NCBI GenBank assembly: GCA_942492735.1
Contig: OW818648.1
Span: 2,245,591-2,309,590 of the forward strand
Length of the DNA stretch: 64,000 nucleotides
Direction: 5' to 3'
Source of the DNA: an uncultured Eubacteriales bacterium
GTDB taxonomy: Bacteria > Bacillota > Clostridia > Oscillospirales > Oscillospiraceae
Position 1 is the first letter of the stretch. Each line of letters opens with the position of its first letter. Under the pieces are notes generated by a model that saw only the letters and a program-made list of their open reading frames with translations, ran no database searches and had not been told where the DNA came from. This document shows, piece by piece, positions 33,784-43,910 of this stretch. The position numbers and the translations under genes are program-made.

Positions 33784-35202
33784 TTATGCAAGTTCTTCCG
33801 CGGCAGGTTCCTCGTGTGTCTGTATGATGGATTTATTGCGCCATTTGCCTTTTCTGAAGTAGAAGATCGTGATGATCGCGGCGCAAAGCATGGCGACATC
33901 GAGGGCGATAAAGGTTGAATTTGGGTGCCCGTTTGGGTTTATCTGACTGATCGTCAAATGGGCGATCAAAAAGGAGAGCGGGACGCGCAGCAGCACATTG
34001 ACGCCGATGGATATCCACATAGGGCCCATACTGTCGCCAGCACCGCGCATCACGCCGCTGAAGGTATTGCCAACGATCATGGCGAGATAGGCGGGGACGA
34101 GGATATAGATGAAGTTCATGCCCATATCGATGACCGCTTCCGTTTGCGTGAACAAGCCGAGCAGATGGCGCCCAAAGATCAGCATACACCCAACCATACT
34201 GACGGTGAAGATAAGGCACATCCAGAATACCGACCAAGTGCCTTTCCTGACGCGGTCCAACTTGCCTGCGCCGATGTTCTGGCCTGTATATGTTGAGGCT
34301 GACATCGAAAATGTCTGGCTTGGCAGAACAGCGAAGCCGTCAAGCCGGAACATTGCTGTGATGGCGGCGGTGACGAGAAAGCCCATGCTGTTAATGAGGG
34401 ACTGTACAACGATGGTGGAGAAGAACATAATGCCCATTGACAGCCCAGTTGGCACACCCAAGCGCACGATGTGCCCGACAATTAGTTTTTTCAGCTTGAG
34501 CATCTTGAATTTGATGTGGACGATTTTCCGCATCTTCATGATTTTAATAAGGCAGGCGACGGCAGATATTGTTTGAGCGATGACCGTTGCCCAGGCCGCC
34601 CCGGTCATGCCCCAGCGGAGACCGGCCACGAACCAGATTTCAAGCACCGCATTAAGGATGACGGTGAAGAGCAGCACAATGAGCGGGAAAAATGAATCGC
34701 CAAGCCCTCTCAAAACGCCTGATAGGACATTGTAAAACCCATTGGCCGCCGTTCCGATGAACAGGATCTGGAGATAAACCTTCGCCATTTCAAATGTTTC
34801 CGGCGGTGTGTTGACGGCTCTGAGCATAGCGCCCGTAAGCGGCGTGGCAAAACCTGTAATCAATATAGACATCAGGGCAATGAGCGTGATTGAATTGCCG
34901 ACAGAATCACCGAGGTTATTAAAATCCTTTGCACCGAAATACTGTGCGACCATGATGGTGACGCCGGTGCCGATCGCCATAAAGAACACAAGAAAAAGAT
35001 TTTGGATCGGTGCGCTGACGCCGATGGCCGCCAGTGCGGCGTCGCCCATATACTTGCCCACAATAATAGAATCGACCGTGAAATACAGCATTTGTGCGAT
35101 ATTGCCGATGAGAAGAGGCACAGAGAATTTAAGCAGGCACTTGACGGGGTTGCCCACTGTCATGTCCTGCGCGCCAAAGAGCGCTATGAATTTTTTAAGC
35201 AT
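33784..35202 (-). CDS. MATE-family multidrug or toxin efflux transporter
   Basis: 472 aa with 12 transmembrane helices. The N-terminal GNPVKCLLKFSVPLLIGNIAQMLYFTVDSIIVGKYMG is the classic MATE opening. Confidence 0.85.
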   Translation of the reverse strand: MLKKFIALFGAQDMTVGNPVKCLLKFSVPLLIGNIAQMLYFTVDSIIVGKYMGDAALAAIGVSAPIQNLFLVFFMAIGTGVTIMVAQYFGAKDFNNLGDSVGNSITLIALMSILITGFATPLTGAMLRAVNTPPETFEMAKVYLQILFIGTAANGFYNVLSGVLRGLGDSFFPLIVLLFTVILNAVLEIWFVAGLRWGMTGAAWATVIAQTISAVACLIKIMKMRKIVHIKFKMLKLKKLIVGHIVRLGVPTGLSMGIMFFSTIVVQSLINSMGFLVTAAITAMFRLDGFAVLPSQTFSMSASTYTGQNIGAGKLDRVRKGTWSVFWMCLIFTVSMVGCMLIFGRHLLGLFTQTEAVIDMGMNFIYILVPAYLAMIVGNTFSGVMRGAGDSMGPMWISIGVNVLLRVPLSFLIAHLTISQINPNGHPNSTFIALDVAMLCAAIITIFYFRKGKWRNKSIIQTHEEPAAEELA

Positions 35203-35591
35203 TATTACCTTTCACCTCAGACATTGCAAGCGCATACTGCGGTGCACACACGTGCAATGCAGCGTTTACGTAGCATGTTACTTTTTTGAAATCAGTTTAA
35301 CATACGCAGTCTGACATTTCAAGTAAATGGAGTTTAGGCATATGTCAAAATTATTGATGCATGCGGTCCCTTTTTTGGCATATGTGTTTTTACGGGTAAA
35401 AAAATGGGTTGATCAGACAACCAGCAAAGGACAAAGAAGGTTGAATACCTTGGTTGAATATGGTATTGTTATATCATAATATTTCGTTTGGAACGAAGCA
35501 GTATGAACAAAAGCTCATGACTTATCATTTGCGTGGGATAAGTTAACTTTATCGTCAAAAGCCGGCGCGCAGCGGCAGAAAGAGGAAATTT

Positions 35592-35975
35592 ATGAATTGT
35601 GAAACGCGTTTTTTTATTTGTAAGCATTGCGGCAATCTGATCGGCATCATTCACGCATCCGGTGTACCCATCATTTGCTGCGGTGAAGAGATGCAGGAGC
35701 TTAAGGCAAATACCACTGATGCCAGCCATGAAAAGCACGTCCCGGTTGTCGCTGTAGACGGCGATAAGGTGACAGTCAAAATTGGCTCGATACCGCACCC
35801 GATGCTTGAGGAGCACTATATTATGTGGGTTTACCTTCAGACAGCCAAGGGTGGCCAGCGTAAGTGCTTAAAACCCGGCGAAGCGCCTGAGGCAGTATTC
35901 ACACTCGTTGACGATAAGCCGGTTGCAGCCTTTGAATACTGCAATCTCCATGGCCTCTGGAAAACAGAGCTTTAG
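35592..35975 (+). CDS. dfx: Desulfoferrodoxin (2Fe superoxide reductase)
   Basis: N-terminal desulforedoxin CxxC…CC site (FICKHCGNL…PIICCGEEM) and a neelaredoxin-type centre II (EKHVPV…EEHYIMW…C.LHGLW). Confidence 0.85.
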   Translation: MNCETRFFICKHCGNLIGIIHASGVPIICCGEEMQELKANTTDASHEKHVPVVAVDGDKVTVKIGSIPHPMLEEHYIMWVYLQTAKGGQRKCLKPGEAPEAVFTLVDDKPVAAFEYCNLHGLWKTEL

Positions 35976-36001
35976 TCAAAAATAAAAGTCTTTTATAAGT
36001 T

Positions 36002-36036
36002 TGGCGGGCGTAAATTCGCCCGCTAACTTTTTGTAA
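36002..36036 (+). terminator. Intrinsic terminator of dfx
   Basis: ggcgggcg-taaatt-cgcccgc hairpin followed by taactttttg. Confidence 0.65.
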
Positions 36037-36065
36037 TTCATGGTTAGCTTCGTTTACGGTAACGA

Positions 36066-36131
36066 CGGTGCGATGTGGGCATCGCCCCCTACGGGCACCA
36101 CCTTGTAGGGTGCGATGCCCACATCGCACCG
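36066..36131. repeat. Palindromic intergenic element (family 3, cggtgcgatgtgggcatcgc…gcgatgcccacatcgcaccg)
   Basis: A 21-bp near-perfect inverted repeat whose central part is also self-complementary (ctacgggcacc…cttgtaggg). Confidence 0.7.
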
Positions 36132-36581
36132 TTTGCCTTGCGGTGAGTGAACGCGCCAAGACGAAAGAACAGGGATTCAATAGAGAATCCCTGTCTTTCC
36201 AAGCCTGTGTTTAGTTTATGCGGAAATAATGTTTGTCTTTAAACTTCTTGCCTACAATTCGAGAATTACTGCCCGAATAAAGTTAGGCCATTTGACGCTA
36301 TCCAACTTAATCATCTCCCAGTTTTTAACGACTAAAACCTGCTTGACGATATTCTATTATGACACCGACTCATTAAGTTTCCTTAAGGAATACTGACGTG
36401 TCCAAGTATAGTATGAGATAAAAACTCGAAATTATTCTGTGGAATAATATTCCAAAATATATATAATTAGTTTGAAAACCTCGGTATATTATGCTAAAGT
36501 AATGAGGAACAAATTACCGGAATAGATAGAGCATATGCTTAATATAAGTTATTGATTACATAACGAAAGGATAGATGAAGT

Positions 36582-37052
36582 ATGGCATTTTTTGAGGATA
36601 TTGGCAAGAAGGTGTCCCAAACGGGTCAGGACGCCATTAAAAAAACAAAAATTATGGCGGAGACATCAAAAATCAACACTCAGATTTCTTCGGAAAAGAG
36701 AGTCATCACTGAAACCTACTGCAAGCTCGGCGAGAAATATTTTGAGCTGTTTTGTGACAAGCCTGATGATAACCTCGCTGTTTTCGTCGCGGCCATCCAA
36801 GAGGCGAAACAGCGGATTGAAGAGCACGAGGATCAGATTAAGAAGCTCAGGGGAATTGAGTGCTGCCCGAATTGCGGCGCTGAGCTCAAAGATGAGGCCT
36901 TATTCTGCACCGCCTGCGGGACAAAAATTGCCGAACCGCCGTCTGAAGAAAAAGAAGCGTCTCAGGTTGTCGCCAAAATCTGCACGAATTGCGGCGCGAA
37001 GCTGGATGACGGTGTGCGCTTCTGCTCGAACTGTGGTACAAAGGCGGAATAG
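36582..37052 (+). CDS. Double zinc-ribbon protein
   Basis: Two CPNCG…CTACG and CTNCG…CSNCG Cys4 ribbons follow an N-terminal amphipathic region. The overlapping ORF 36592..37086 is low-complexity and less likely. Confidence 0.5.
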   Translation: MAFFEDIGKKVSQTGQDAIKKTKIMAETSKINTQISSEKRVITETYCKLGEKYFELFCDKPDDNLAVFVAAIQEAKQRIEEHEDQIKKLRGIECCPNCGAELKDEALFCTACGTKIAEPPSEEKEASQVVAKICTNCGAKLDDGVRFCSNCGTKAE

Positions 37053-37072
37053 ATTATTACAAAGAGGTCACT

Positions 37073-37795
37073 ATGCAAATTTATAAAAAAATAAAAAAAG
37101 CAGCAGAAGTCAAGCGAGAGAAGAGCTGTGTCAAACTAATATCGAGGGTGATTTCGGGGATACTTATCATTGCGATTACAGGCGTCATTATTATGGTCGG
37201 TATGAACAGAATCGTCATCAGTGAAAATAGCGACAGATTCGTAACAGTATCTGAAGCGATCAGCCTTGAAGATGTCGATTGTATCCTTGTTCTCGGCGCA
37301 GGCGTTTACTCAAATAAATATCCAAGTGCCATGCTTGAGGACAGACTTCTTGAGGGCATCAATCTATATCAGCTCGGTGTCTCGGACAGAATCCTCATGA
37401 GTGGGGACAACAGCAAGGTCCATTATAATGAAGTCAAGGTCATGAAAGATTTTGCTATTAAATCAGGTATACTGTCTGAGCACGTGTTTCAGGACCACGC
37501 CGGATTCTCGACCTATGAAAGCATGTACCGCGCGCGTGATGTTTTCGCAGCAAAGAAAATCGTCATCGTCACGCAGGATTACCATATGTACAGAGCACTT
37601 TATATAGCCAAAGCCCTCGGGCTTGACGCGTATGGTGTTGTTTCTAACCCGAGAATGTATGCCGGACAGGCAATACGCGATTTCAGGGAGATTCTGGCGC
37701 GGGCTAAAGATGTCTTCTATTGCACGATTAAGCCTTTACCGACATTTTTAGGCGATGTTATACCGGTCAATGGAAACGGAAATCTAACAGATTAA
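37073..37795 (+). CDS. SanA/YdcF-like DUF218 membrane-anchored protein
   Basis: N-terminal transmembrane helix and a DUF218 core (…DCILVLGAGVY…ILMSGDN…VTQDYHMYRALYIA). Confidence 0.7.
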   Translation: MQIYKKIKKAAEVKREKSCVKLISRVISGILIIAITGVIIMVGMNRIVISENSDRFVTVSEAISLEDVDCILVLGAGVYSNKYPSAMLEDRLLEGINLYQLGVSDRILMSGDNSKVHYNEVKVMKDFAIKSGILSEHVFQDHAGFSTYESMYRARDVFAAKKIVIVTQDYHMYRALYIAKALGLDAYGVVSNPRMYAGQAIRDFREILARAKDVFYCTIKPLPTFLGDVIPVNGNGNLTD

Positions 37796-37992
37796 CAAAT
37801 TGACATTCCTTAACACTGATTGGGGCATCACTGCTCCAATCAGTATTCTTATTATGCATAAAATGACACATTTAATATCAAATGTAAATTATATAAAAAA
37901 TTAACTAAAATGACAGAGAATTATCACGATATAAAGTATAAGTGTTGTCTCCTATATTGTTTTCTTGAAATATCGAAAAGTGAGGCCCCATT

Positions 37993-40311
37993 GTGCCGAA
38001 GACGAAATCCGTATTCTTGGTCTTTCTATCACTCGTGGTCGTTCTGGCAGGCGTTTATGCTTATTCATTAATGTCCCGGTCATTACGAATCGGAGAAGTC
38101 CTGTCGCCAGTGATAGACGCATTATCAGGCTGTGCTTTACTTTTTGCCTATTTACGGTCCAACCGTAAACAAAAGGAAAATTTGGCGCTGCTGTTTTTTG
38201 CGTTCGGCTGTTTTTTTTGGATGTTATCCGACATTGCGTGGGGTGTTTACTTAAATTTGGGGAAAGCACCTGCACACAATATTCCGGTCTTATTGGGATA
38301 TATGAGTGCTAATATCGTCATTGGATTCGGTACTGTATTCATTGGTATCGGAAGTTACAGTAAATGGGAACGCATCAAAAGTGTCGTCGAGGCTCTGGCT
38401 ATCGGTATTATGAGCGTCCTTTTTATTTGGATTGTTTTATTTCACAGAGGGGAACAGGCCATAGAGCTTTTAACAAGCTATGGTGTACTGTCCGCCGCCG
38501 GTATTTTTTTTGATATGTTCATCATCGCAGAATTTTTGATATTGTTCATCTCGGGACTTAAGAGGAATTTACCAGTATATGTAAACCTCGTCAGAACAGG
38601 TATACTCTTATTTTACGCCGCTGTTTTATTCTATTTGTACTGCACGTACCAAAACATTTATTATTCAGGCTCAATTACTGACGTGCTTTTAGTCGTTTCA
38701 CTGGTACTCATTGCATTCGGCGCATTGTGGAAGACACTGGCGAATGGGTCGTTCCAAAATCAATCTGCATCTGATGATGTTGGCAGAAGCCTGTGGCTAT
38801 ACTTACTGGCGTTTCCCGTGCTGACTGTCGTTTTAGAAGGTTTTTATTTCATCGACCTTTTCATGTTCGCCGGAATAATCGCACTCTATCATGCCGCTGT
38901 TAAATTTATTCATCTCGCCAAAGAGAATGGAAGACTGCTTGAAAACGAAACTTTGATAAATGGTACATTGGAGAAACGAATTTATGAGCAGCTGCAGGAG
39001 CTCACTGTGCTCGCAAATCAGGATACTGTGACGAATCTCTACAACAGACGCTATTTTTCTGTAATTCTTGATGAGACGATAAGGACGCTGAAGGATGGTA
39101 AGACGCTTGCTGTTGTGCAGTTCGATGTCGACAGGTTCAAAACAATTAATGACAGTTACGGTCATGATGTTGGCGATCGGGTCATTATCGAGCTATCAAA
39201 CAGGTTGATCTCGTGGAATAAGTATGACGCCGTTCTGGCAAGGCTCGGCGGAGACGAATTTGTCATCCTAATGCACGGTAAACTTACCCGCAATAAATTG
39301 ACTGAAATCTGTAAGCAGATTATCGATGTATGCGGTGCACCGATTTATGTTGATCATCAGGTCCTGTATTTGACGATCAGCATTGGCGTTTCTATATGCC
39401 CAAAGGATGCGTGCGACAGTGTTTCCGTCATGAAGAATGCTGATATCGCAATGTACAAGGCTAAGGCCGAAGGATATAATAAATTCGTATTCTTCAGCCC
39501 GTCATTCAAAGAGAACATCAGCCGGAAAAACGAAATCGAGGCACTCCTCCGAAATGCCGACCTCCAGACAGAATTTGAGCTTGTTTACCAACCGCAGTTT
39601 ACATTGCCGGATAAAAAGCTCATCGGCGCCGAAGCACTCATACGCTGGAAAAGCGCGGAACATGGTTATATACCACCGAGCGTCTTTGTGCCGATAGCCG
39701 AGGAGATCAACTATATCAATAGAATCGGCAAATGGGTCTTGTTCAAAGCTGTGGAACAGATCATTAAATGGAATACAGAATATGCACTGCATCTCAAAAT
39801 GGGTATAAATATATCCCCAAAACAACTGACGGAAGATGATTTTTTCATGACGCTGAAAACGCTGATTACGACGAATCAATTCAACGCGTCATGGATTGAT
39901 GCGGAGATTACCGAAAACCTGATGATTGAGGAAAAAGCGACAGTCAAGCCGATTTTCGATCTCTTTAAAGAACTCGAAATCTCTGTTTCAATTGACGACT
40001 TCGGGTCGGGATACTCATCGCTTGGTTACCTGAACAAATATCATTTTGACAGGATTAAAATTGATAAATCACTCATCGATAATCTGAAAATTCCAGGCGG
40101 GAGCGGTGTGGAGGTTGTGAAGGCTATCATTACGATGTCAAACGCTGTCGGTAAGGTCACGATAGCCGAAGGTGTTGAGACGACGGAACAGCTGCAGATT
40201 CTCAGCGAGCTTGGCTGCAGGCAGGTACAGGGCTATCTGCTTGGCAAACCGGTCTCGGCCGAGGAATTTGAAAGGAAGTTTATTGAAAAAGACGTAAGCG
40301 CTGTTATTTAG
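37993..40311 (+). CDS. Membrane-bound GGDEF-EAL c-di-GMP turnover protein
   Basis: About 300 aa of transmembrane helices, a GGDEF domain (RLGGDEFVIL) and an EAL domain (EALIRW…DDFGSGYSSL…KIDKS). Confidence 0.85.
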   Translation: MPKTKSVFLVFLSLVVVLAGVYAYSLMSRSLRIGEVLSPVIDALSGCALLFAYLRSNRKQKENLALLFFAFGCFFWMLSDIAWGVYLNLGKAPAHNIPVLLGYMSANIVIGFGTVFIGIGSYSKWERIKSVVEALAIGIMSVLFIWIVLFHRGEQAIELLTSYGVLSAAGIFFDMFIIAEFLILFISGLKRNLPVYVNLVRTGILLFYAAVLFYLYCTYQNIYYSGSITDVLLVVSLVLIAFGALWKTLANGSFQNQSASDDVGRSLWLYLLAFPVLTVVLEGFYFIDLFMFAGIIALYHAAVKFIHLAKENGRLLENETLINGTLEKRIYEQLQELTVLANQDTVTNLYNRRYFSVILDETIRTLKDGKTLAVVQFDVDRFKTINDSYGHDVGDRVIIELSNRLISWNKYDAVLARLGGDEFVILMHGKLTRNKLTEICKQIIDVCGAPIYVDHQVLYLTISIGVSICPKDACDSVSVMKNADIAMYKAKAEGYNKFVFFSPSFKENISRKNEIEALLRNADLQTEFELVYQPQFTLPDKKLIGAEALIRWKSAEHGYIPPSVFVPIAEEINYINRIGKWVLFKAVEQIIKWNTEYALHLKMGINISPKQLTEDDFFMTLKTLITTNQFNASWIDAEITENLMIEEKATVKPIFDLFKELEISVSIDDFGSGYSSLGYLNKYHFDRIKIDKSLIDNLKIPGGSGVEVVKAIITMSNAVGKVTIAEGVETTEQLQILSELGCRQVQGYLLGKPVSAEEFERKFIEKDVSAVI

Positions 40312-40350
40312 CAGCAGCGAAGCACTTGATCGAAAAAGTCAGCATCACGA

Positions 40351-40384
40351 CCGGGTGGACACAATTGTCCATCCGGTTTTCTTG
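40351..40384 (+). terminator. Intrinsic terminator after the GGDEF-EAL gene
   Basis: ccgggtggaca…tgtccatccgg hairpin followed by ttttcttgtgttt. Confidence 0.55.
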
Positions 40385-40483
40385 TGTTTGAAAACAAAGT
40401 TCTGCTGCAGAAAAAAATGGTATGCTATCAAAAAGATAATATTTATTATGAAAGAAGCAACAATAAAAACGAGGTAAGCTCAT

Positions 40484-41017
40484 ATGTATTTTTTACTGCT
40501 TTTATTGTCTCTGCTTGCAGTCGTTATTATTGCAGCGTTTTTTGAACCAGTCGTGATTTCGTTTTTCTTTGATACGAATGAAATGGACATGTACGCGGTG
40601 GCCAGATGGATTCCATTCATCAGAATTGTGGCTCGGATCATTGAATTCCGCCTTCATATCACCGTGTTTGTTTTGCGAAAGAAAATGGTCGCAGGGTTTA
40701 TGAAACCAAGTAAAAAAAGCCGGTCAAAAAAGAAGCTTTTTGATACGCTGGCGCTGTCTAACACCAGTGCGACAATCTCTTACGGTTTTAACGAGCCGTA
40801 CTTAACTGGAATATTTTGCACAGCGGCCGAATTCGCCGCAACCCTCATCAGATCAGCTGATATTGCTTTGGAGCCGGTATTTTACACTGAAAACGATTTT
40901 TTGAAAATAAGCGCAAAAACAGAGTTAAACACCGGAAAAACTCTTATCAATATGCTCAGAACTAAATTTATAAGCACCAGAAGGAGAAAGAATTATGGAC
41001 CAGCTGAACTTAACTGA
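40484..41017 (+). CDS. ytfI: YtfI-like sporulation protein (DUF2953)
   Basis: N-terminal transmembrane helix and basic central region. It overlaps and precedes a GerW/YtfJ gene, as in the Bacillus ytfI-ytfJ pair. Confidence 0.5.
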   Translation: MYFLLLLLSLLAVVIIAAFFEPVVISFFFDTNEMDMYAVARWIPFIRIVARIIEFRLHITVFVLRKKMVAGFMKPSKKSRSKKKLFDTLALSNTSATISYGFNEPYLTGIFCTAAEFAATLIRSADIALEPVFYTENDFLKISAKTELNTGKTLINMLRTKFISTRRRKNYGPAELN

Positions 41018-41447
41018 AAATGTGGATACTCTATTCAAAAGCCTCGAGGATTTCACGCAGAAGGAAGGTGTTATCGGGAAGCCGGTCACGCAGGGAGATA
41101 AAACCTTTTTACCTGTTGTATCAATCACATTGGGGTACGGCAGTGGAAATGCGAATATGAAAGGGCAGCAGGGAAATACCCCCGGCATGAGCGCCGGAAT
41201 GCCGTCAGCGTCCGGTACGGGCGCTTTGGGACTCGGGGCAAAGCTCTGTACAGATGCCGTTATCGTCATTAATGGTCAGGATGTCTCAGTCTTGCCAATG
41301 AATGCTGCCGGAGGCGCCACGAGCCTTATGGATAAAATACCGCAGATTATATTGGGTATGAAACAAGGCCAGGGACAGACCCTTAATCAGGGACAGACCT
41401 CTAATCAGGGACAAGCCCAAAACCAGGTGTCGGCTATGAGCAAGTAA
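40995..41447 (+). CDS. ytfJ: GerW/YtfJ-family sporulation protein
   Basis: …FTQKEGVIGKPVTQGDKTFLPVVSITLGYGSGNANMKGQ… fits the GerW pattern (GVIGEP.TVGDKT.IPV..V.FGFG.GG). Confidence 0.65.
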   Translation: MDQLNLTENVDTLFKSLEDFTQKEGVIGKPVTQGDKTFLPVVSITLGYGSGNANMKGQQGNTPGMSAGMPSASGTGALGLGAKLCTDAVIVINGQDVSVLPMNAAGGATSLMDKIPQIILGMKQGQGQTLNQGQTSNQGQAQNQVSAMSK

Positions 41448-41510
41448 CAATATAAGCGCGTAACACAAATGGGCGGTTATCCGCCCATTTGCTGGTCTGT
41501 TCGCGATGCA

Positions 41511-42362
41511 TTATGGCTGCTTTTCTTGCTGCATCAAAGTTAAAAAACTCCTTGGTACAGGGCTTTCGAAGGTCATTAATTTGTTTGTAAAAGGATGGCA
41601 GAACGCGAACTTGTCGGCATGGAGGCAGAGGCGACCCAACGGATTTGTTTTCGCGCCGTATTTTTTATCTCCGGCGACAGGATGGCCGAGCTCCTTCATG
41701 TGGACTCTGATTTGATTTTTTCGGCCTGTATCAAGCGCCACATTCACAAGTGCATAGTCATTTGAAACATCCGAAACCTCATAATTTGTCACGGCTTCCT
41801 GACCATCACCGGCAACGCTGCTCGAGTACGATACAAGCGTTTTTGTCTCCTTGATCCAGGATTGTATCCGGCCGCTTTTTTTCTCCGGGATGCCTTCAAC
41901 AACCGCCGTATAGCTGCGCGTTGTCACAAGTTTACTCCAGTCATCCTGCAGGGCCAGCTTCAGCTTCTCGTTCTTTGCCGCAATCAAGACGCCGGAAGTG
42001 TCACGGTCCAGACGATGAACGACGAAAATGCGATTTTTCGCCCCGCTGATACGGACGTAGTCTGTCATGAGGTGATAAGCGGTTCTCTCGGTTTCTTTCT
42101 CTGTTGCTATTGTCAGCAGACCTGCCGGCTTATCGATAACGATGAGTTCGTCGTCTTCATAAATGATTTTCAGCTGTTTAAACTGTTTCTGCAGCATATG
42201 CTCCTGCGACGAGATTCGAACCGTCTGACCCATTTTGAGCGGGTGGTCGTGGCGCGTCACTGTTTTCCCGTCGACTGATACGGTTTTATTCGTTAAGAGC
42301 GACTTGACGTTGTTTCTGGACTTATCCTTCAACTGTTTCAGCAGGAATTCCAGAAGACCCAT
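41511..42362 (-). CDS. RluA-family 23S rRNA pseudouridine synthase with an S4 domain
   Basis: HRLDRDTSGVLIAAKN catalytic-Asp motif. I placed the start at the ATG at 42362, which has an AGAGGA ribosome-binding site. Confidence 0.8.
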   Translation of the reverse strand: MGLLEFLLKQLKDKSRNNVKSLLTNKTVSVDGKTVTRHDHPLKMGQTVRISSQEHMLQKQFKQLKIIYEDDELIVIDKPAGLLTIATEKETERTAYHLMTDYVRISGAKNRIFVVHRLDRDTSGVLIAAKNEKLKLALQDDWSKLVTTRSYTAVVEGIPEKKSGRIQSWIKETKTLVSYSSSVAGDGQEAVTNYEVSDVSNDYALVNVALDTGRKNQIRVHMKELGHPVAGDKKYGAKTNPLGRLCLHADKFAFCHPFTNKLMTFESPVPRSFLTLMQQEKQP

Positions 42363-42489
42363 TTGTTCCTCTACAGTAAAAACTCTATCGGGTTGAGGTT
42401 TTGCGCGTTCTGTGTTCAGATATATCACAGCCTTCCTGAGATCTCAGCCCTGCTTTTGTGACAGTGACTGGCGCGTTTGTGGATCATGG

Positions 42490-43008
42490 TTATCCCTTCA
42501 GCAGCTTTTTGTGCTCCTTGTAATCCGGCATATACGATTCAATGAACGCATAAAACGCTTTGCTGTGGTTTTTGTGACGGATATGCGCAAGCTCATGCAC
42601 GACGACATAATCGATGGCCGCTTCGGGGTACCGCATGAGATGCCATGAAAAGCAGAGGCGGTTTTTTGAACTGCAGCTCCCAAACCTCTTTTCGGCACTT
42701 GTAATCGTGATGCCGGTCGGCGTGAGACCCATTATTCTGCTGTAATAGTCAACGCGGACCGGAATGACGGCTTTTGCGAATTTTCTCAGCGCTTCCTGGT
42801 CTTCATTATTGAGTGCAGGCCGCGCGTCGATGCGTTTTTTCTGCTTTTCAAGATGAGATTCTATCCAGTGCGTGTGTTTTTGAACCATCTGCTCAATGCT
42901 TTGCTTTGAGGTGCGGACCGGGGCACGAACAAGGATTCTTAAATCTTTCGTGATTTCAAGCCCTAAGGTTCTGCGCTTTGAGTAAATAACGGTATAGTTA
43001 TACATCAT
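42490..43008 (-). CDS. YgjP/DUF45-type zinc metallohydrolase (M48/SprT-like HExxH)
   Basis: HELAHIRHKNHS motif in a 172-aa protein. Confidence 0.65.
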   Translation of the reverse strand: MMYNYTVIYSKRRTLGLEITKDLRILVRAPVRTSKQSIEQMVQKHTHWIESHLEKQKKRIDARPALNNEDQEALRKFAKAVIPVRVDYYSRIMGLTPTGITITSAEKRFGSCSSKNRLCFSWHLMRYPEAAIDYVVVHELAHIRHKNHSKAFYAFIESYMPDYKEHKKLLKG

Positions 43009-43011
43009 AGT

Positions 43012-43248
43012 TCATTCAGTATCTTTCGCTGAATTGTCATCAATAAAGGTGAAGCGCTTCACTGATTCTCCGTTAAAAATGACTGTCTCATTCCACATCG
43101 ACGCGGGGCGAACCCAAAGACCGCCGTTGCCGTAAAGCGCGCGGTATACCACCATCGGCTCCATGGTTTCCGAGTGGAGAGCGATATCAAGTACCTCATA
43201 GTCGTTGCCTTTATAGTGGTGCCAGCGACCTTTTTTTATTTCTTCCAT
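43012..43248 (-). CDS. DUF1653 domain protein
   Basis: …WHHYKGNDYEVLDIA.HSET.E.MVVYRALYG…W.RP…. Confidence 0.55.
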   Translation of the reverse strand: MEEIKKGRWHHYKGNDYEVLDIALHSETMEPMVVYRALYGNGGLWVRPASMWNETVIFNGESVKRFTFIDDNSAKDTE

Positions 43249-43436
43249 GTTTATATCCCCTGAACGTTAGTACTGCTTGGAGTACTTTATCTTAGAATCA
43301 GTTTAGCACAGGATGAAGCATGAAGTAAAGGCAAAACGCATTAGCGTTAAATTCACCGCAACAAGAATATCTTTCCAATATTGACCATTGCAGGAAGAGA
43401 TGATATATTATCGAGGAGTAACAGCCGGGAGCTTTA

Positions 43437-43910
43437 ATGATGGAAAAAACAAATGTGATGCGCCTATTGGAGCAGAAAAAAATAAGCTATACACCGTATA
43501 CCTACGAGGCGTCAATTCTGGATGGTGTTTCGGTGGCGCGGCAGATCGGAAAACGAGCCGAATGTGTGTTTAAAACACTTGTCACCGTCGCGAATTCAGG
43601 AGAAAACTTTGTTTTTGTCATACCGGTTGCAGAGAGTCTGGATCTAAAAAAAGCCGCAAAAGCAGTATCGGTAAAATCAATAGCCATGATAAAACAAAAG
43701 GAGCTATTGCCGCTGACCGGCTATATCCACGGTGGCTGCTGCCCTGTCGGCATGAAAAAGCCGTTCCGGACGGTCATCGACGAAACGGCGCTCATGCTGG
43801 AGACGATTGTTGTCAGTGCGGGAAAGGTCGGATATCAGGCTGAGCTTGACCCCAACCTGCTCTCGGAACTGGTAGGAGCGGCATTTGAGCCGCTGACGGA
43901 AGGCGTTTAG
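43437..43910 (+). CDS. ybaK: Cys-tRNA(Pro)/Cys-tRNA(Cys) deacylase YbaK
   Basis: …KTLV…  …GYIHGGCCPVGMKK… YbaK signature in a 157-aa protein. Confidence 0.8.
   Translation: MMEKTNVMRLLEQKKISYTPYTYEASILDGVSVARQIGKRAECVFKTLVTVANSGENFVFVIPVAESLDLKKAAKAVSVKSIAMIKQKELLPLTGYIHGGCCPVGMKKPFRTVIDETALMLETIVVSAGKVGYQAELDPNLLSELVGAAFEPLTEGV

Noticed and set aside
36592-37086. 164-aa Arg/Lys/Ser-rich ORF overlapping the zinc-ribbon gene in another frame
   Set aside because: It has a low-complexity basic composition and is fully nested in the better-supported Cys4 zinc-ribbon ORF, which has four CxxC pairs.
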